From an uncultured virus (IMG/VR IMGVR_UViG_3300032038_000023) (Duplodnaviria; Heunggongvirae; Uroviricota; Caudoviricetes), in the IMG/VR virus record IMGVR_UViG_3300032038_000023: a stretch of DNA of 56,564 nucleotides; one strand, written 5' to 3'. The stretch's first letter is position 1, and the number at the start of each line of letters is the position of its first letter. Made by a program: the position numbers and the translations under genes. Positions 31,073 to 41,451 of the stretch are shown one piece after another. The notes under the pieces were generated by a model that searched no databases, was not told the DNA's origin, and worked only from the letters and a program-made list of their open reading frames with translations.

Positions 31073-31542
31073 GGTAGCTCCTTTGCATATTGGTTATTGG
31101 ACGCAAGTTCAATTCCCAATAGCGGATCAAATATATGTGGGGAATTAGGGATGAATCGTCCAAATTTTACTATTATATTATCTAATTTAGATAAAATTTT
31201 TATATATTCAGAAATTTCTTCTTCTTTATAACCAGTATAAATTACGATTGGGTCTTTAGTGAATCCGCGAAGTACAGATATAAACCCATAGAGATCCGTC
31301 CAAGTGTCAAATGGTTCAAGACCACCACAGACTATTGCATGGGTTAGTGGGTTGTTAATATATCTATGCACTACATCTATTGTACTTACTTCATATACTG
31401 GTTCTTGTGCGAGTGCGGAGTTTTGACATACGGGCTGGCCGCACTCGCGATCACATTTAAAACTACAAGTCGGAAAGATTAGAAACATAGAAGGAATTTT
31501 ATAGTTACATACATCGTAATCAATTATATCCTTTAGTTTCAT
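31069..31542 (-). CDS. nrdG: Anaerobic RNR activating enzyme (radical SAM)
   Basis: CSFKCDRECG Cys cluster, GGLEPF, IYTGY and LASNNQ. ATGA-coupled to nrdD. Confidence 0.85.
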   Translation of the reverse strand: MKLKDIIDYDVCNYKIPSMFLIFPTCSFKCDRECGQPVCQNSALAQEPVYEVSTIDVVHRYINNPLTHAIVCGGLEPFDTWTDLYGFISVLRGFTKDPIVIYTGYKEEEISEYIKILSKLDNIIVKFGRFIPNSPHIFDPLLGIELASNNQYAKELP

Positions 31543-33464
31543 GCATTTGCTCCTTTCTCGCTTAATGGCATCCATTCACGAAGTTTATACTCCGCTTTAC
31601 GAGTTTCAGAATAGGTCTTAGTTGGGGTATAGAAGCCAACAATTCGGGTGTACTCAGTTTCTACTGGCTCGCCGCAAATTGGGCAAGTAGAACCATAGAA
31701 AGAGTGATAATTCTTACATTGGGAAACTTTACCGTTAAACGCAAAGTAGGTTACGCCTTGCGCGGCCACCCAGTTGAGCATTTCCCAAGCGCTTTCAAAA
31801 TCCGAGAAGGGCTTATCTACGTTGATGTGCTCAATAGAGCCGCCATTACAATAGGAATCGAAAGCCGCGCAGATCTTGGTACGTTCAAGCACAGTTGCTT
31901 TAATTCCAAGTGGAATCCACTGATTTCCATAGAGCGGAAGATCTTCAACAACTTTTTCTGGATAAAGGAACTTATCAGCAGCTTGCATCTTTGCGGCAGC
32001 TTGCTCTGCGGGAACTTGTTCGATGTTGAACTTGTAGTCCTTATCGAGCGAGAAGTTGTCAATGCAGTTACGAATTACTTGGAAGATACGACGGCCGAGT
32101 GAATATGCTTCTTCGGTATAATAAGTATTTCCAAATTCATCTTTCTTTAAGTATCCAAAGGTTTTAATAGCTTCATAAATACCATTCACACCAATCGTGG
32201 AATAAAGATGTTCGAAGTCAACTAAACCAGACGAAAAACTAGGCAGAAGTCCTTTCTGTACATTTCTCTTTATAATCTCACGCTGAGTGTCAAGAATCAT
32301 AAGATCAAGTTCAGTAAGATTTTTAAGACGAATTAAGAAGTCTTGCTCAGAAGTAGCTTGATATGCAAGGCGCGCGATATTAAGTGTTGCAACCTTTACA
32401 GAGCCAACTTTCAGAGCAGTTCCACCAATAGAGTTAAAGTAAAGATCAGTAACATCAGATTTAAGTCTGCAACAATTCGAAAGACTATTAACTGTGCTGT
32501 CTGTAAAGAAGTTAAAGAGATTCCATTTGCGGCTGGCTTCACATGCCCAGCGCGCGAAGTCTTCATCGACAAATTTGTGCTCTTGATAAAGTAAAGAAGC
32601 AGTAAGAACTGGAAATGTGAACACATTCTCTTCTCTAATCTCATTCACAACATTAATAAAGTCTTTTTGGAACTGAATAATTTCTTCTTCTTCGTCAATC
32701 ATAAATTCGCCATCAGGGAAAACACTTCCACCGAAGATCGCTTCAAAGTATGGATGATCGAATACGCTGACATTTGTAAACGCGGCTTGGTCAGTACGAA
32801 CCCAAGGCTGATTCAAACGATAAATAAGGGCTTGGAGTTGCTGATGCTTATAGGTTTCTGGATCTTTAGTGTAATATCCATTCTTTACATCACGGCTCCA
32901 GAAGTAATAGAGATAAGGGATTAAATTCGGAAGGCCAACCGCGCCAGACTGCCGGCGGCTTAGCCATGCAATTCCTTCCATGAGTATTTGAATAAAGGAA
33001 TCTAAGTGTTTGGCGGGCCGCGCATTATAGTTCTCTATAAAGAACAAACCTTTCTCTACTATATCCTTTATATCATACGCGAAACAATAATGATAGAAAG
33101 TAGTGGTATTAAAATCGTGCATATAGATTGCATAGTTCCACATTGCTTCCATTGCGGTGTTTGCGATTTTAAACCCATACTTCTTATTCATTTCAAAATA
33201 AAGCTTATTAAATGCTAAGAGTTTCTGATGCGGCTTGGACATCTCACTCATCAGCGTAACAATATCTTTCTGCGCGATATTTGCATTTGCATCAACAGAT
33301 GCATTAGCTACATTATCACTATCAATAAAGTTATCAATAAAGTCAGTAAGGCTTAGCTTATCTTCATCAAGGCCTTGGAGCTTAAGGAACTCTTCTCCAT
33401 AATTCTCGGCCATTTTATTAAATTGAGTTTGAAAGTTCTTCTTAGTACGAATATTTATATTCAC
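31539..33464 (-). CDS. nrdD: Class III anaerobic ribonucleotide reductase, no evident ATP-cone
   Basis: QSGAVG, FTFPV, SNCCRL, CPICG and the glycyl radical motif TRIVGF. Probable GTG start overlapping the upstream TGA. Confidence 0.9.
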   Translation of the reverse strand: MNINIRTKKNFQTQFNKMAENYGEEFLKLQGLDEDKLSLTDFIDNFIDSDNVANASVDANANIAQKDIVTLMSEMSKPHQKLLAFNKLYFEMNKKYGFKIANTAMEAMWNYAIYMHDFNTTTFYHYCFAYDIKDIVEKGLFFIENYNARPAKHLDSFIQILMEGIAWLSRRQSGAVGLPNLIPYLYYFWSRDVKNGYYTKDPETYKHQQLQALIYRLNQPWVRTDQAAFTNVSVFDHPYFEAIFGGSVFPDGEFMIDEEEEIIQFQKDFINVVNEIREENVFTFPVLTASLLYQEHKFVDEDFARWACEASRKWNLFNFFTDSTVNSLSNCCRLKSDVTDLYFNSIGGTALKVGSVKVATLNIARLAYQATSEQDFLIRLKNLTELDLMILDTQREIIKRNVQKGLLPSFSSGLVDFEHLYSTIGVNGIYEAIKTFGYLKKDEFGNTYYTEEAYSLGRRIFQVIRNCIDNFSLDKDYKFNIEQVPAEQAAAKMQAADKFLYPEKVVEDLPLYGNQWIPLGIKATVLERTKICAAFDSYCNGGSIEHINVDKPFSDFESAWEMLNWVAAQGVTYFAFNGKVSQCKNYHSFYGSTCPICGEPVETEYTRIVGFYTPTKTYSETRKAEYKLREWMPLSEKGANA

Positions 33465-33658
33465 TGTGCATTCACCCACTTGACAGCGTCAGTGAAGTTA
33501 TAAATAGTACCGTCTATATCCATAGACGGCGCCGCTTTAATACCTTTCGCGGCCATCTCATCCATATCATCGCAAGATTCAAACTCAATATTCTTTTTTT
33601 GTAATTTCATCTCCAAAACTTGGCATTTTGGACAGTGAGTTGTATATACTTTAATCAT
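33461..33658 (-). CDS. NrdH/glutaredoxin-like protein
   Basis: MIKVYTTHCPKC CxxC motif, adjacent to nrdD. Confidence 0.8.
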   Translation of the reverse strand: MIKVYTTHCPKCQVLEMKLQKKNIEFESCDDMDEMAAKGIKAAPSMDIDGTIYNFTDAVKWVNAQ

Positions 33659-33848
33659 AGATCTGTCCCTCGAAACTATCACAATATTCGCACACACCAT
33701 CAACATAATTGTGATGGCACTGGGCGCGCAGAGCATCATTTTCTTTCATAAGCTTATTGATTTCATCTGTCAATGTAAACTTTTCGAGTGCTTGTCTAAT
33801 CCTTTCATTATTTAAATTAATTCTCGAACGAATTTCGTTCCCATTCAT
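33651..33848 (-). CDS. Small hypothetical protein, 65 aa
   Basis: Coiled segment followed by CHH..GVCEYC. Confidence 0.6.
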   Translation of the reverse strand: MNGNEIRSRINLNNERIRQALEKFTLTDEINKLMKENDALRAQCHHNYVDGVCEYCDSFEGQIYD

Positions 33849-34956
33849 TTACTAATTTACCTCCTAGGGCTATTACATTTGGTGTACTATAAAACATATC
33901 GAATACGTCATAATTCTCACGACGCATATACTGGAAGGCTTCGCGCATTTCTTCTACACTGAGTGAATATTTACGCCAAGGATACATTTCTATATATGGC
34001 TTTGTATGCGCGCAGTATGCGTAAAGCGTTTGCTTATGCGGTCTTATCCACTCTAAATTATTTTTGCCATAAAAACAAACAATGAGCTTCATAAGATTGT
34101 ACAGTTCACGCGTCTTGAAGAATTCATCCGTAATATTAAGTAGAATCTTTTGCTTATGGCTCCGCAAAAATAACGTTTGTTTATAGATTTCTGGTAGAAC
34201 TCGTTTCACAAAATCATTCTCGTCGGAGCATCCATAGGTGAAGTTATAAAATAATTGACGAAGACCCATAATTGGTTTTTCGCATAATTCGATTATCTGT
34301 TCATCGGTAAGCACATTATTATATTGAAGAAAGAAGCAAGTGCTCATTGGCGGCAAACTAAACCATTTCATTAAGTCTTCAAATGTATATACATTTATAG
34401 GATACTTATTACCAATCCTATACGGAAGACCGCTCGGACGCCGTCCACTTATATCATATAACAACTCAAATGCATTTGGAATATTTGCTATATCATAGTC
34501 ATGCAGTAACACATTTGGGTGCCTCGGTTGAAGCCTATCATAAGGAAAAGGTTCCAATGTCTTACCGTCAAGCGAAAGCCGCGTATTTAACGAATAAAGA
34601 ATTGTCCTAATTTCTTCTTGTAGGTGTTTTGTTTTTCCATAGAGTGGCTTATACTTCCAATACGCTGAAAAATCTGGTTCAATATGCTCCATTTCTTCAT
34701 CAAATGGTTTATATACATCCGAAAAGGCGCGGCCGCCGTATTCGACATTACCGCTAAATATCTTCGGATCATATATCCCATCATCATATTCTTTTCTAAA
34801 AAACACTTTACTAAATTTTTCTGGTTCAAATTCTGGACTAAAAGTTATTATGTCTTTATGGCGTTTGCGCCAAGCACTATACTTGGCGCACTCCAAGTTC
34901 GGTATAACACGCTGATAATTCAAATAATCAGCATCATAAACTAAAATTACTGCGAT
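33817..34956 (-). CDS. Hypothetical protein, about 370-380 aa, start uncertain
   Basis: The frame stays open 11 codons upstream of the track's TTG (34923), back to an ATC at 34956, adding AVILVYDADY before NYQRVIPNLE. Confidence 0.6.
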   Translation of the reverse strand: MAVILVYDADYLNYQRVIPNLECAKYSAWRKRHKDIITFSPEFEPEKFSKVFFRKEYDDGIYDPKIFSGNVEYGGRAFSDVYKPFDEEMEHIEPDFSAYWKYKPLYGKTKHLQEEIRTILYSLNTRLSLDGKTLEPFPYDRLQPRHPNVLLHDYDIANIPNAFELLYDISGRRPSGLPYRIGNKYPINVYTFEDLMKWFSLPPMSTCFFLQYNNVLTDEQIIELCEKPIMGLRQLFYNFTYGCSDENDFVKRVLPEIYKQTLFLRSHKQKILLNITDEFFKTRELYNLMKLIVCFYGKNNLEWIRPHKQTLYAYCAHTKPYIEMYPWRKYSLSVEEMREAFQYMRRENYDVFDMFYSTPNVIALGGKLVNEWERNSFEN

Positions 34957-37900
34957 TCAGAATCACCAGCCCTTTCTGTCTTTATTACAAGACGTTCACC
35001 ATTTATATCAACAATCTGCTCTACTCTGTGCCACGGAGTTGACTTATATACTTTCGCTATAAAGTCGCCTTCTTGACGGATACCAGTCACAATAATCTTA
35101 TTGCCGCGTGTGAACATCGACTTCTCAATTACGTGCTTCTTCCCATCTGGCCCTTTTTCAGAGATCTGACGATCATATGCTTCAAAAGCTCCATATACCT
35201 TTACAGCGACCACACCACTTGTCGTTAAAATCTGAACTGTCTTTTTAATCTTGTTTCTTTCTAATACAGTTCCCGCAATTCTATGAAGCTTAAAGATCGG
35301 TACTTGTTTTCCTTTAATCGGAATGACTCTTTCAACTTCTGCTTGTTCACTCAAATTAAAAAAGTCATCAATCAAATACAGATCAAAATCAACTCTACTA
35401 AGTTCGTGTTCATGAGAATAGAATGATACAGAATCCATTTCCCACTTACTCAAACTTCCAAGACAATATTTATTCCATACATCTTGCGTGAGTCGATCAT
35501 TTACAGCCTTTAATAACTCATTCTGATGCTCTTTAATATATGGACGAATAATATCCATTTGCTTTTGATAAATCTTATCCCATTTATCTTGTGAGATGCG
35601 GAAGCCGCTCTCGGTGAATTGATCTGGAATTAAATCATCTACATCAAAATAAGTTTCTAAAAACTTATATGCTGGCCCATCAATTCCATAATACGGCTGA
35701 CTCAATTTCATTTTCTTTATATACTTATTAAAATTATATACTCGCCGCTGAAGATCATATTCTTCTGGAATCAGACCAAAATCAATTAACATCTTCATAT
35801 TCTGGAGAGTTATGCGTTTCTTTGCACCACTAATCATATCCACATACTGATGCATAATCTCAATACGATCTCCAAAACCATCAAATGCGCCAGACTTAAT
35901 CAAATTAATCATCTGGACTTTATTAACTTTTACTTTATTTAAAAAGTCTTCAATCGACTTATAAGGACGGTTTGCAATTATATTTTGAACTACTTCTGCG
36001 CCGACCCGTGTGATACCACTAATTCCATAACGGATCACATTCTTTTCTTCATCTGGAGAGAATGTATAAGTTGACTTGTTAATATCTGGCGGCTCAACAA
36101 TAATGCCGCTCATTCTCATTTTGCCAATCGCAGTTGCAATTTTCCCATAGTTTACTGTGACTGTTTTCTTTTTCTTTTTATCTTCTCCAGTTGACTCTTC
36201 TTCATCGTCATCGTCTTCTTCTTCATCAGCTCCAAAGTCTTCAAAATCATTTGAAAACTCTTCGACCGGCAATACTACTTCTTCATCTTCTGACTCTTTT
36301 TCATCGCCGCCTGCGTCTGTAATCAAACACGCACAGTTCCAATAAATAATTGGGAACTTATACGCAAGATTCATTTCTTGAAGTGCAATCAAACTATACG
36401 CAAGCGTATGACTCTGGTTAAAACCATATCCACGGCTCATTGCAATCAGAACATTCCATACATAGTTTGTTAGGTTCTGATCTATTCCTTTTTCTTTAGT
36501 CGTTTCAAAAAAGTCTTTCGTCAATGCATCATAATCTTTCGGGTTTTTCTTTGCAATTGACTTACGAAGTTTATCTGCCCATGTCAGACTAAAACCGCCG
36601 AGTTCTGGAAGCTGAACCAATTCCATAAATTGTTCTTGTGCAATACAAAGTCCATATGACATACCAAGAACTGGTTCAAGAATACGGCGTGCATCTTGAC
36701 TAAGCCCATATCTCTCAATTTCTTTATCCCATGCAGTTGGGTCTGCTTTAAAACGTGCCAACTTATCTGTTGGCATCTCTCCACCTTTTTCTTGCGCCAT
36801 CAGACGAATCGTAGAGTTAAGAATTGCCAAATCATCAACTGAAGTCGGCTTTAAAGTTGCAATTCCATTAATACCAGACTGCTTTTCCATTTGGAACAGC
36901 GATGTGATCTCATGATTCCAAACCATTTGCCACATTTTCGGATCATCACGTTCCAGTTTATAAATTCCAATTGTCTTTTCGTATGTTTCTTTTAATGTGC
37001 GCTCTCGTTCAATCAGTCCAGCGTCACACAGCAAATCAAGACAATTATGGATCTTATCCATTGCTTCAACAGACAATGCATCATATTTAATAAGACTTAC
37101 ATCTTCACAATCATGAAGTTCGAACTGTGTACAAATCGTTCCATCGGGCGCCCGCATAAGTCCAGTTGATTCTGTGAATGGTTCATCAACGAAAATTACA
37201 CCGCCCGCATGAATACCAGACCCGCAAATCAGACCTTCAATTTTCTGAGCAACATTCCAGAGTTCTGGATAGTTGTTCATTTCAATTACAAACTGCTTTA
37301 CTGGTGGAAGATCATCTTCTTTACTTCCATTATAACACTGATCGAGTGTTCTCAACATACCACGATCAGCTGGGATCAAACTTGCTATATACTGTGCGAT
37401 GTCTACATCAATTCCAAGACCACGGGCCGCGGTCAGAATTGCAGACTTAGACTTTTCAGTTCTAAAAGTTGCTACGTTTGCAACACGATCTTCTCCATAA
37501 TATTTCCGAAATGCATTAAGAACTTGTGCTCTGCGGCCGCCTTCAATATCAAAGTCAACATCAAGAACACTAACACGCTCGGGGTTCAAAAATCTCCATC
37601 TAAAGCACTTTGTTGTTTCTCTAAGCGGATTGATCTGAGTTATATCCAAACAATAAAGTAAGATAAAACCAACACCAGATCCGCGGCCTGGGCCTACAAG
37701 ACTTCCAGCATCCCAACAAATATCAATTATATTTTGAAGATTCAAATAATATGCGCTCCATCGTGCATTGTTTACGTTTGATGATACCCACGTATCTTCG
37801 AGACATGCGTTGATTTCATCATATGCTTCTTTATTTTGAAGATCTGGATGTGTGTCAATACCATGTACCACTGCTTTTACCAAATATCTATCAGATTCAT

Positions 37901-38927
37901 ACGGAGACTCCGCAAAAGTCCAAAGCATTGGGATTTTCATACACATTTCTTCATATCCCCAAGCATCTGGTTCTTTTTCAATTGGTTTCCACTTTAAGTT
38001 CGGAATTTTGAGCGGCCGCAGTAAACTATAATCTTCAATACTATTTCTAATCTTTAGAATGTTTTTATATGCTTCTTGAAGAATATCGGAACTGAAATAT
38101 GAAAAATAACTTTCTAGTTCTTCTGTTCCCATCATATAAGTTGTCGCATAAAAATCATCAACTTCGCGATCACCATTTTGTGCGTTAAGATATGCTTTAT
38201 GAACAACTCTATCTTCTTTACGAAGATAATGGCTATCAGTTGTTATAATATACGGGATCTCATTAAACGTTGCATATTCCAGCAACATTTTATTTACATA
38301 AATCTGATCTTTATTCTTTGAAGGCTGCATTTCCAGATAGAAATTCCCATAACCAAACAATTTATTCATTTGATGAATCCAAATATCAATTTTCGGAATT
38401 AAATCTGGATTAGACTGCGCGCGAAGGATCTGAGTTGGAAGCGCGCCGCCAAGACACGCCGTACTACCAATCACATGGCCAGGATCTTTACCAATAATTT
38501 CAACCAGATCGTTATAATATGTCGGAACACGCCGCATACCACGTGCCATATAACTTCTCATCCATGCACGAGTTGAGATCTCTCTAATCTGCCGTGCGCC
38601 AATTGCATCTTTCGCAAGTAAAATAAAGTGATAATATCTATCAATTTCTTTATTATAGTTGGACGCATTAAGACCATTTCTTACAAGATAAATCTCATTA
38701 CCAAGAACCACTTTAAGATCTGGATACTTCTCCTTAAGTTTCTTCGCGGCCTTCTCTGCTTTAATCCAACCACTGATACTCTCATGATCAGTTAGCGCAA
38801 CGACTTTATGACCAAGTTGACCAGCATAATCAAAAAGTTCATCTTCTTTATTGATGCAGTCTCTCAGTCGAATGTTACTATATTGGCTGTGATTATGTAA
38901 GCTCCCTGGGTATATCAGTTTCTCCAT
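34947..38927 (-). CDS. dnaE: DNA polymerase III alpha subunit (family C), 1326 aa, TAG-free
   Basis: PHP motifs HNHS, LTDHE, HFILLAK and TTDSHY; GPGRGSG; FLNPER..LDVDFD; HAGGV; YGFNQSH. Confidence 0.95.
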   Translation of the reverse strand: MEKLIYPGSLHNHSQYSNIRLRDCINKEDELFDYAGQLGHKVVALTDHESISGWIKAEKAAKKLKEKYPDLKVVLGNEIYLVRNGLNASNYNKEIDRYYHFILLAKDAIGARQIREISTRAWMRSYMARGMRRVPTYYNDLVEIIGKDPGHVIGSTACLGGALPTQILRAQSNPDLIPKIDIWIHQMNKLFGYGNFYLEMQPSKNKDQIYVNKMLLEYATFNEIPYIITTDSHYLRKEDRVVHKAYLNAQNGDREVDDFYATTYMMGTEELESYFSYFSSDILQEAYKNILKIRNSIEDYSLLRPLKIPNLKWKPIEKEPDAWGYEEMCMKIPMLWTFAESPYESDRYLVKAVVHGIDTHPDLQNKEAYDEINACLEDTWVSSNVNNARWSAYYLNLQNIIDICWDAGSLVGPGRGSGVGFILLYCLDITQINPLRETTKCFRWRFLNPERVSVLDVDFDIEGGRRAQVLNAFRKYYGEDRVANVATFRTEKSKSAILTAARGLGIDVDIAQYIASLIPADRGMLRTLDQCYNGSKEDDLPPVKQFVIEMNNYPELWNVAQKIEGLICGSGIHAGGVIFVDEPFTESTGLMRAPDGTICTQFELHDCEDVSLIKYDALSVEAMDKIHNCLDLLCDAGLIERERTLKETYEKTIGIYKLERDDPKMWQMVWNHEITSLFQMEKQSGINGIATLKPTSVDDLAILNSTIRLMAQEKGGEMPTDKLARFKADPTAWDKEIERYGLSQDARRILEPVLGMSYGLCIAQEQFMELVQLPELGGFSLTWADKLRKSIAKKNPKDYDALTKDFFETTKEKGIDQNLTNYVWNVLIAMSRGYGFNQSHTLAYSLIALQEMNLAYKFPIIYWNCACLITDAGGDEKESEDEEVVLPVEEFSNDFEDFGADEEEDDDDEEESTGEDKKKKKTVTVNYGKIATAIGKMRMSGIIVEPPDINKSTYTFSPDEEKNVIRYGISGITRVGAEVVQNIIANRPYKSIEDFLNKVKVNKVQMINLIKSGAFDGFGDRIEIMHQYVDMISGAKKRITLQNMKMLIDFGLIPEEYDLQRRVYNFNKYIKKMKLSQPYYGIDGPAYKFLETYFDVDDLIPDQFTESGFRISQDKWDKIYQKQMDIIRPYIKEHQNELLKAVNDRLTQDVWNKYCLGSLSKWEMDSVSFYSHEHELSRVDFDLYLIDDFFNLSEQAEVERVIPIKGKQVPIFKLHRIAGTVLERNKIKKTVQILTTSGVVAVKVYGAFEAYDRQISEKGPDGKKHVIEKSMFTRGNKIIVTGIRQEGDFIAKVYKSTPWHRVEQIVDINGERLVIKTERAGDSESQ

Positions 38928-38959
38928 TCAACCACTCTCCATTTCTATTTTCTATATAT

Positions 38960-38988
38960 AGTATACCATAAAATAAAAGGAAAGTCAA
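38960..38988 (-). promoter_or_regulatory. Sigma-A-type promoter of dnaE
   Basis: TTGACT-17-TATACT with TG extension. The -35 overlaps the inverted repeat AAAGGAAAGT/ACTTTCCTTT. Confidence 0.8.
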
Positions 38989-38989
38989 A

Positions 38990-39664
38990 TTAACTTTCCT
39001 TTATATAATGTTTGTTAAGATATTCTATACTTTTGTCATATATTTCTTTATCTAATTCGCAACAAATATATTGTCTATTGTTTTCTATTGCAACTTGTGC
39101 AGTAACACCACTTCCGGCGCATGGGTCAAAAACTATATCTCCTTCGTTGGTGTTATCTAACATTAATTCCTTCCATAATCCCCAATGTTTCTATGTTTTA
39201 TGAAGTCGCCGTGCCCCACTTGGGATTGGATATTGAAAGACTGTGTTCTTACAAAAAGCATTGAAAATTGGATAACCAGATTTTTTAAACCATACTGCAA
39301 ATTCAACTCCGCTTAAATAAACATATTTACCATTTGAAGGAACAGGATTAGTTTTTTCCCACACAATTGCACGTGTTGTGCCTTTCTGTTTTGCAAAGAA
39401 GTTAAATATAGTAGAAAATTGTTCTTTACTACAAAAAATACATATCGTTCCTTTTGTGACACGTAATACTTCTTTACAAAAATCTATTTCATTAAAAGTC
39501 ACTACATCTGCTGAACCAAGTGTATCTAAGATAGCTAATCTATCCAGACCATTTGTTTGACGCGTAACAACGCCATATGGAATATCAGTTAGTGTCATAT
39601 TAACACTATTGTTCTTCATCGACTTCATATATTCCATACAATCTATATTATAAAAAGTATTAAT
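38990..39664 (-). CDS. Beta-class N6A/N4C DNA methyltransferase, complete only with TAG read-through at 39191-39193
   Basis: TDIPYG catalytic motif, IVWEKTNP, HKT(Q)K, then GDIVFDPCAGSG SAM-binding motif and ICCELD to TAA 38990-38992. Start is ATG 39637 or an upstream ATT 39664. Confidence 0.85.
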
Positions 39665-39717
39665 GAATATTCACCAACCAATATATATTAATTAAAAACC
39701 AAATTACAAAAATCATT

Positions 39718-41451
39718 TTAAAATGCCAATAAGTCATCAACCACGTCGTAATCTTCAATCATGATCTGCGCGGTCTGGCTTCCCATCCATTCATTTATAT
39801 TTGGTCTTCCAACAATACTTACTTTAATTTCATTACAACTATCCAGTTGTCTAATTAAATCACTTGCATGAAACTTAATAAAAATAATTCCATTCTTTTC
39901 AAATCTCACAGTATCTTTATTAGTTCCAATAACTTTATAATCATAACTTCCCAAATAAATATCTGGTACAAAAATCAGCGGCTCAGGGTTATTCTGTCCC
40001 CAAACATCTGTCTGCCGCGCGAGTTCAAACACCATCTTCTCCAGATCTGGGCTATTTACATCTCTAATAAAGTTTACATCATAAACTCCTTCACTAAAGT
40101 TAATATCTTTTAATGCTTCATTTGCATATTCATGAAACGCACGTAAATTTCGATCTGGAATACTACAACCTGCCGCATTAGCGTGTCCTTGAACCCATTC
40201 AAAGTAACCGCTATCATTCAAAAACTGTTTTAAATCTGTGAGTTCACAATCAGATACGTTTCTAATTGAACCTCTATTAAAGCCTTCTTCATTAAGTCGC
40301 GCAAGAATCGTCGGTCGCTTATACTTCGCGGCCAGCTTCATTGCACACAAACCAGTAACTTCAGATGGATAATCATCATAATCATCCATACGAATAAATA
40401 AGATTTTATTCTCTAAAAGATCGTATTTATAGATTTTTTGCTCTAATTCGCTTACCATTTGGTCTGTAATGCGGTTTTGTTTAGATTTTGCGTTTGTACA
40501 TTCACGTAAAGACTCAATAGCTACTTCTTCTAATGTGCCTTTTGCACCACGTTTATTACATGGCACTTTAAGATGGCCGTCAATTAATCCTAAGAAAAGT
40601 CGTTCCTTCTCTAGCATTGTACCCATACGAATCATTGCATTCATTAAAGGAACAATATAGAAAGCAACACTTATAGGTGTTACTTCATTATTCATTGAAT
40701 AAGATTGCTTTTCAATGGCACATTTAAAGAAGTAATTAGTAACGTGCTTAAATCCTTCCAGCATTATATAGCGGTTTTCTAGGTCTAAAATTGAACCCAT
40801 ATCTCCACATATACCAAGCGCGGCAAGGTCAATTAAACTATCACTATAGTGATAGTTCTTAACTTGGTCAAAATAGCGGCAGAACTGCCATGCAACGCCC
40901 GCGCCAGTCATATCTTTGTTGGGATAGTTCTTTGAGAGTTGGTTATTAATTATAGTGGCATATTTGCTAATTGGAGTTCCAGGCTCAATATCGTGGTGAT
41001 CGAGTATTAAACATTGCGTGCCAAGCTTCCCTAATTCATCATGATATAAATAATCATTGCTAGAACTATCTGGTAGAATAACTAGATCGTAATGAGTATC
41101 TGACTCTAACAATATTTGTATGTGATCTTCAAGGCCATGTTGCTTATGCTCATGAAGCATATAGTCTATATGCTGCTCTGGTGCGATTGATTTAATATAG
41201 ATATACATTATAGCAGATGATGTGAATCCATCAACATCGCAATCTATAACTAAAAGAATCTTTGAACCTTCTTTATTGAGAATACTTTCAAGTAGTTTCG
41301 CGCCCTTTGGCATATTATCTAATAAAGAAGGAGAATTAAGACATGAAGGATCTGGATTTAAATATCGTTCTATGTCCGTAATGCCGCGCGCGGCTAATAG
41401 ATTTTCAAGATAATTATTTTTAAAATCTTCATTTACAAGATTTACTTTCAT
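39718..41451 (-). CDS. recJ: RecJ-like ssDNA exonuclease (DHH family)
   Basis: DCDVDGFTS, LDHHD, GAGVAW, GSIR and QGHANAAG. Confidence 0.9.
   Translation of the reverse strand: MKVNLVNEDFKNNYLENLLAARGITDIERYLNPDPSCLNSPSLLDNMPKGAKLLESILNKEGSKILLVIDCDVDGFTSSAIMYIYIKSIAPEQHIDYMLHEHKQHGLEDHIQILLESDTHYDLVILPDSSSNDYLYHDELGKLGTQCLILDHHDIEPGTPISKYATIINNQLSKNYPNKDMTGAGVAWQFCRYFDQVKNYHYSDSLIDLAALGICGDMGSILDLENRYIMLEGFKHVTNYFFKCAIEKQSYSMNNEVTPISVAFYIVPLMNAMIRMGTMLEKERLFLGLIDGHLKVPCNKRGAKGTLEEVAIESLRECTNAKSKQNRITDQMVSELEQKIYKYDLLENKILFIRMDDYDDYPSEVTGLCAMKLAAKYKRPTILARLNEEGFNRGSIRNVSDCELTDLKQFLNDSGYFEWVQGHANAAGCSIPDRNLRAFHEYANEALKDINFSEGVYDVNFIRDVNSPDLEKMVFELARQTDVWGQNNPEPLIFVPDIYLGSYDYKVIGTNKDTVRFEKNGIIFIKFHASDLIRQLDSCNEIKVSIVGRPNINEWMGSQTAQIMIEDYDVVDDLLAF

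Noticed and set aside
31539..38927. Inteins or introns in nrdD or dnaE
   Set aside because: Both ORFs are continuous and of ordinary length, with no splice-junction or homing endonuclease motifs. The DnaE insert is only low-complexity.
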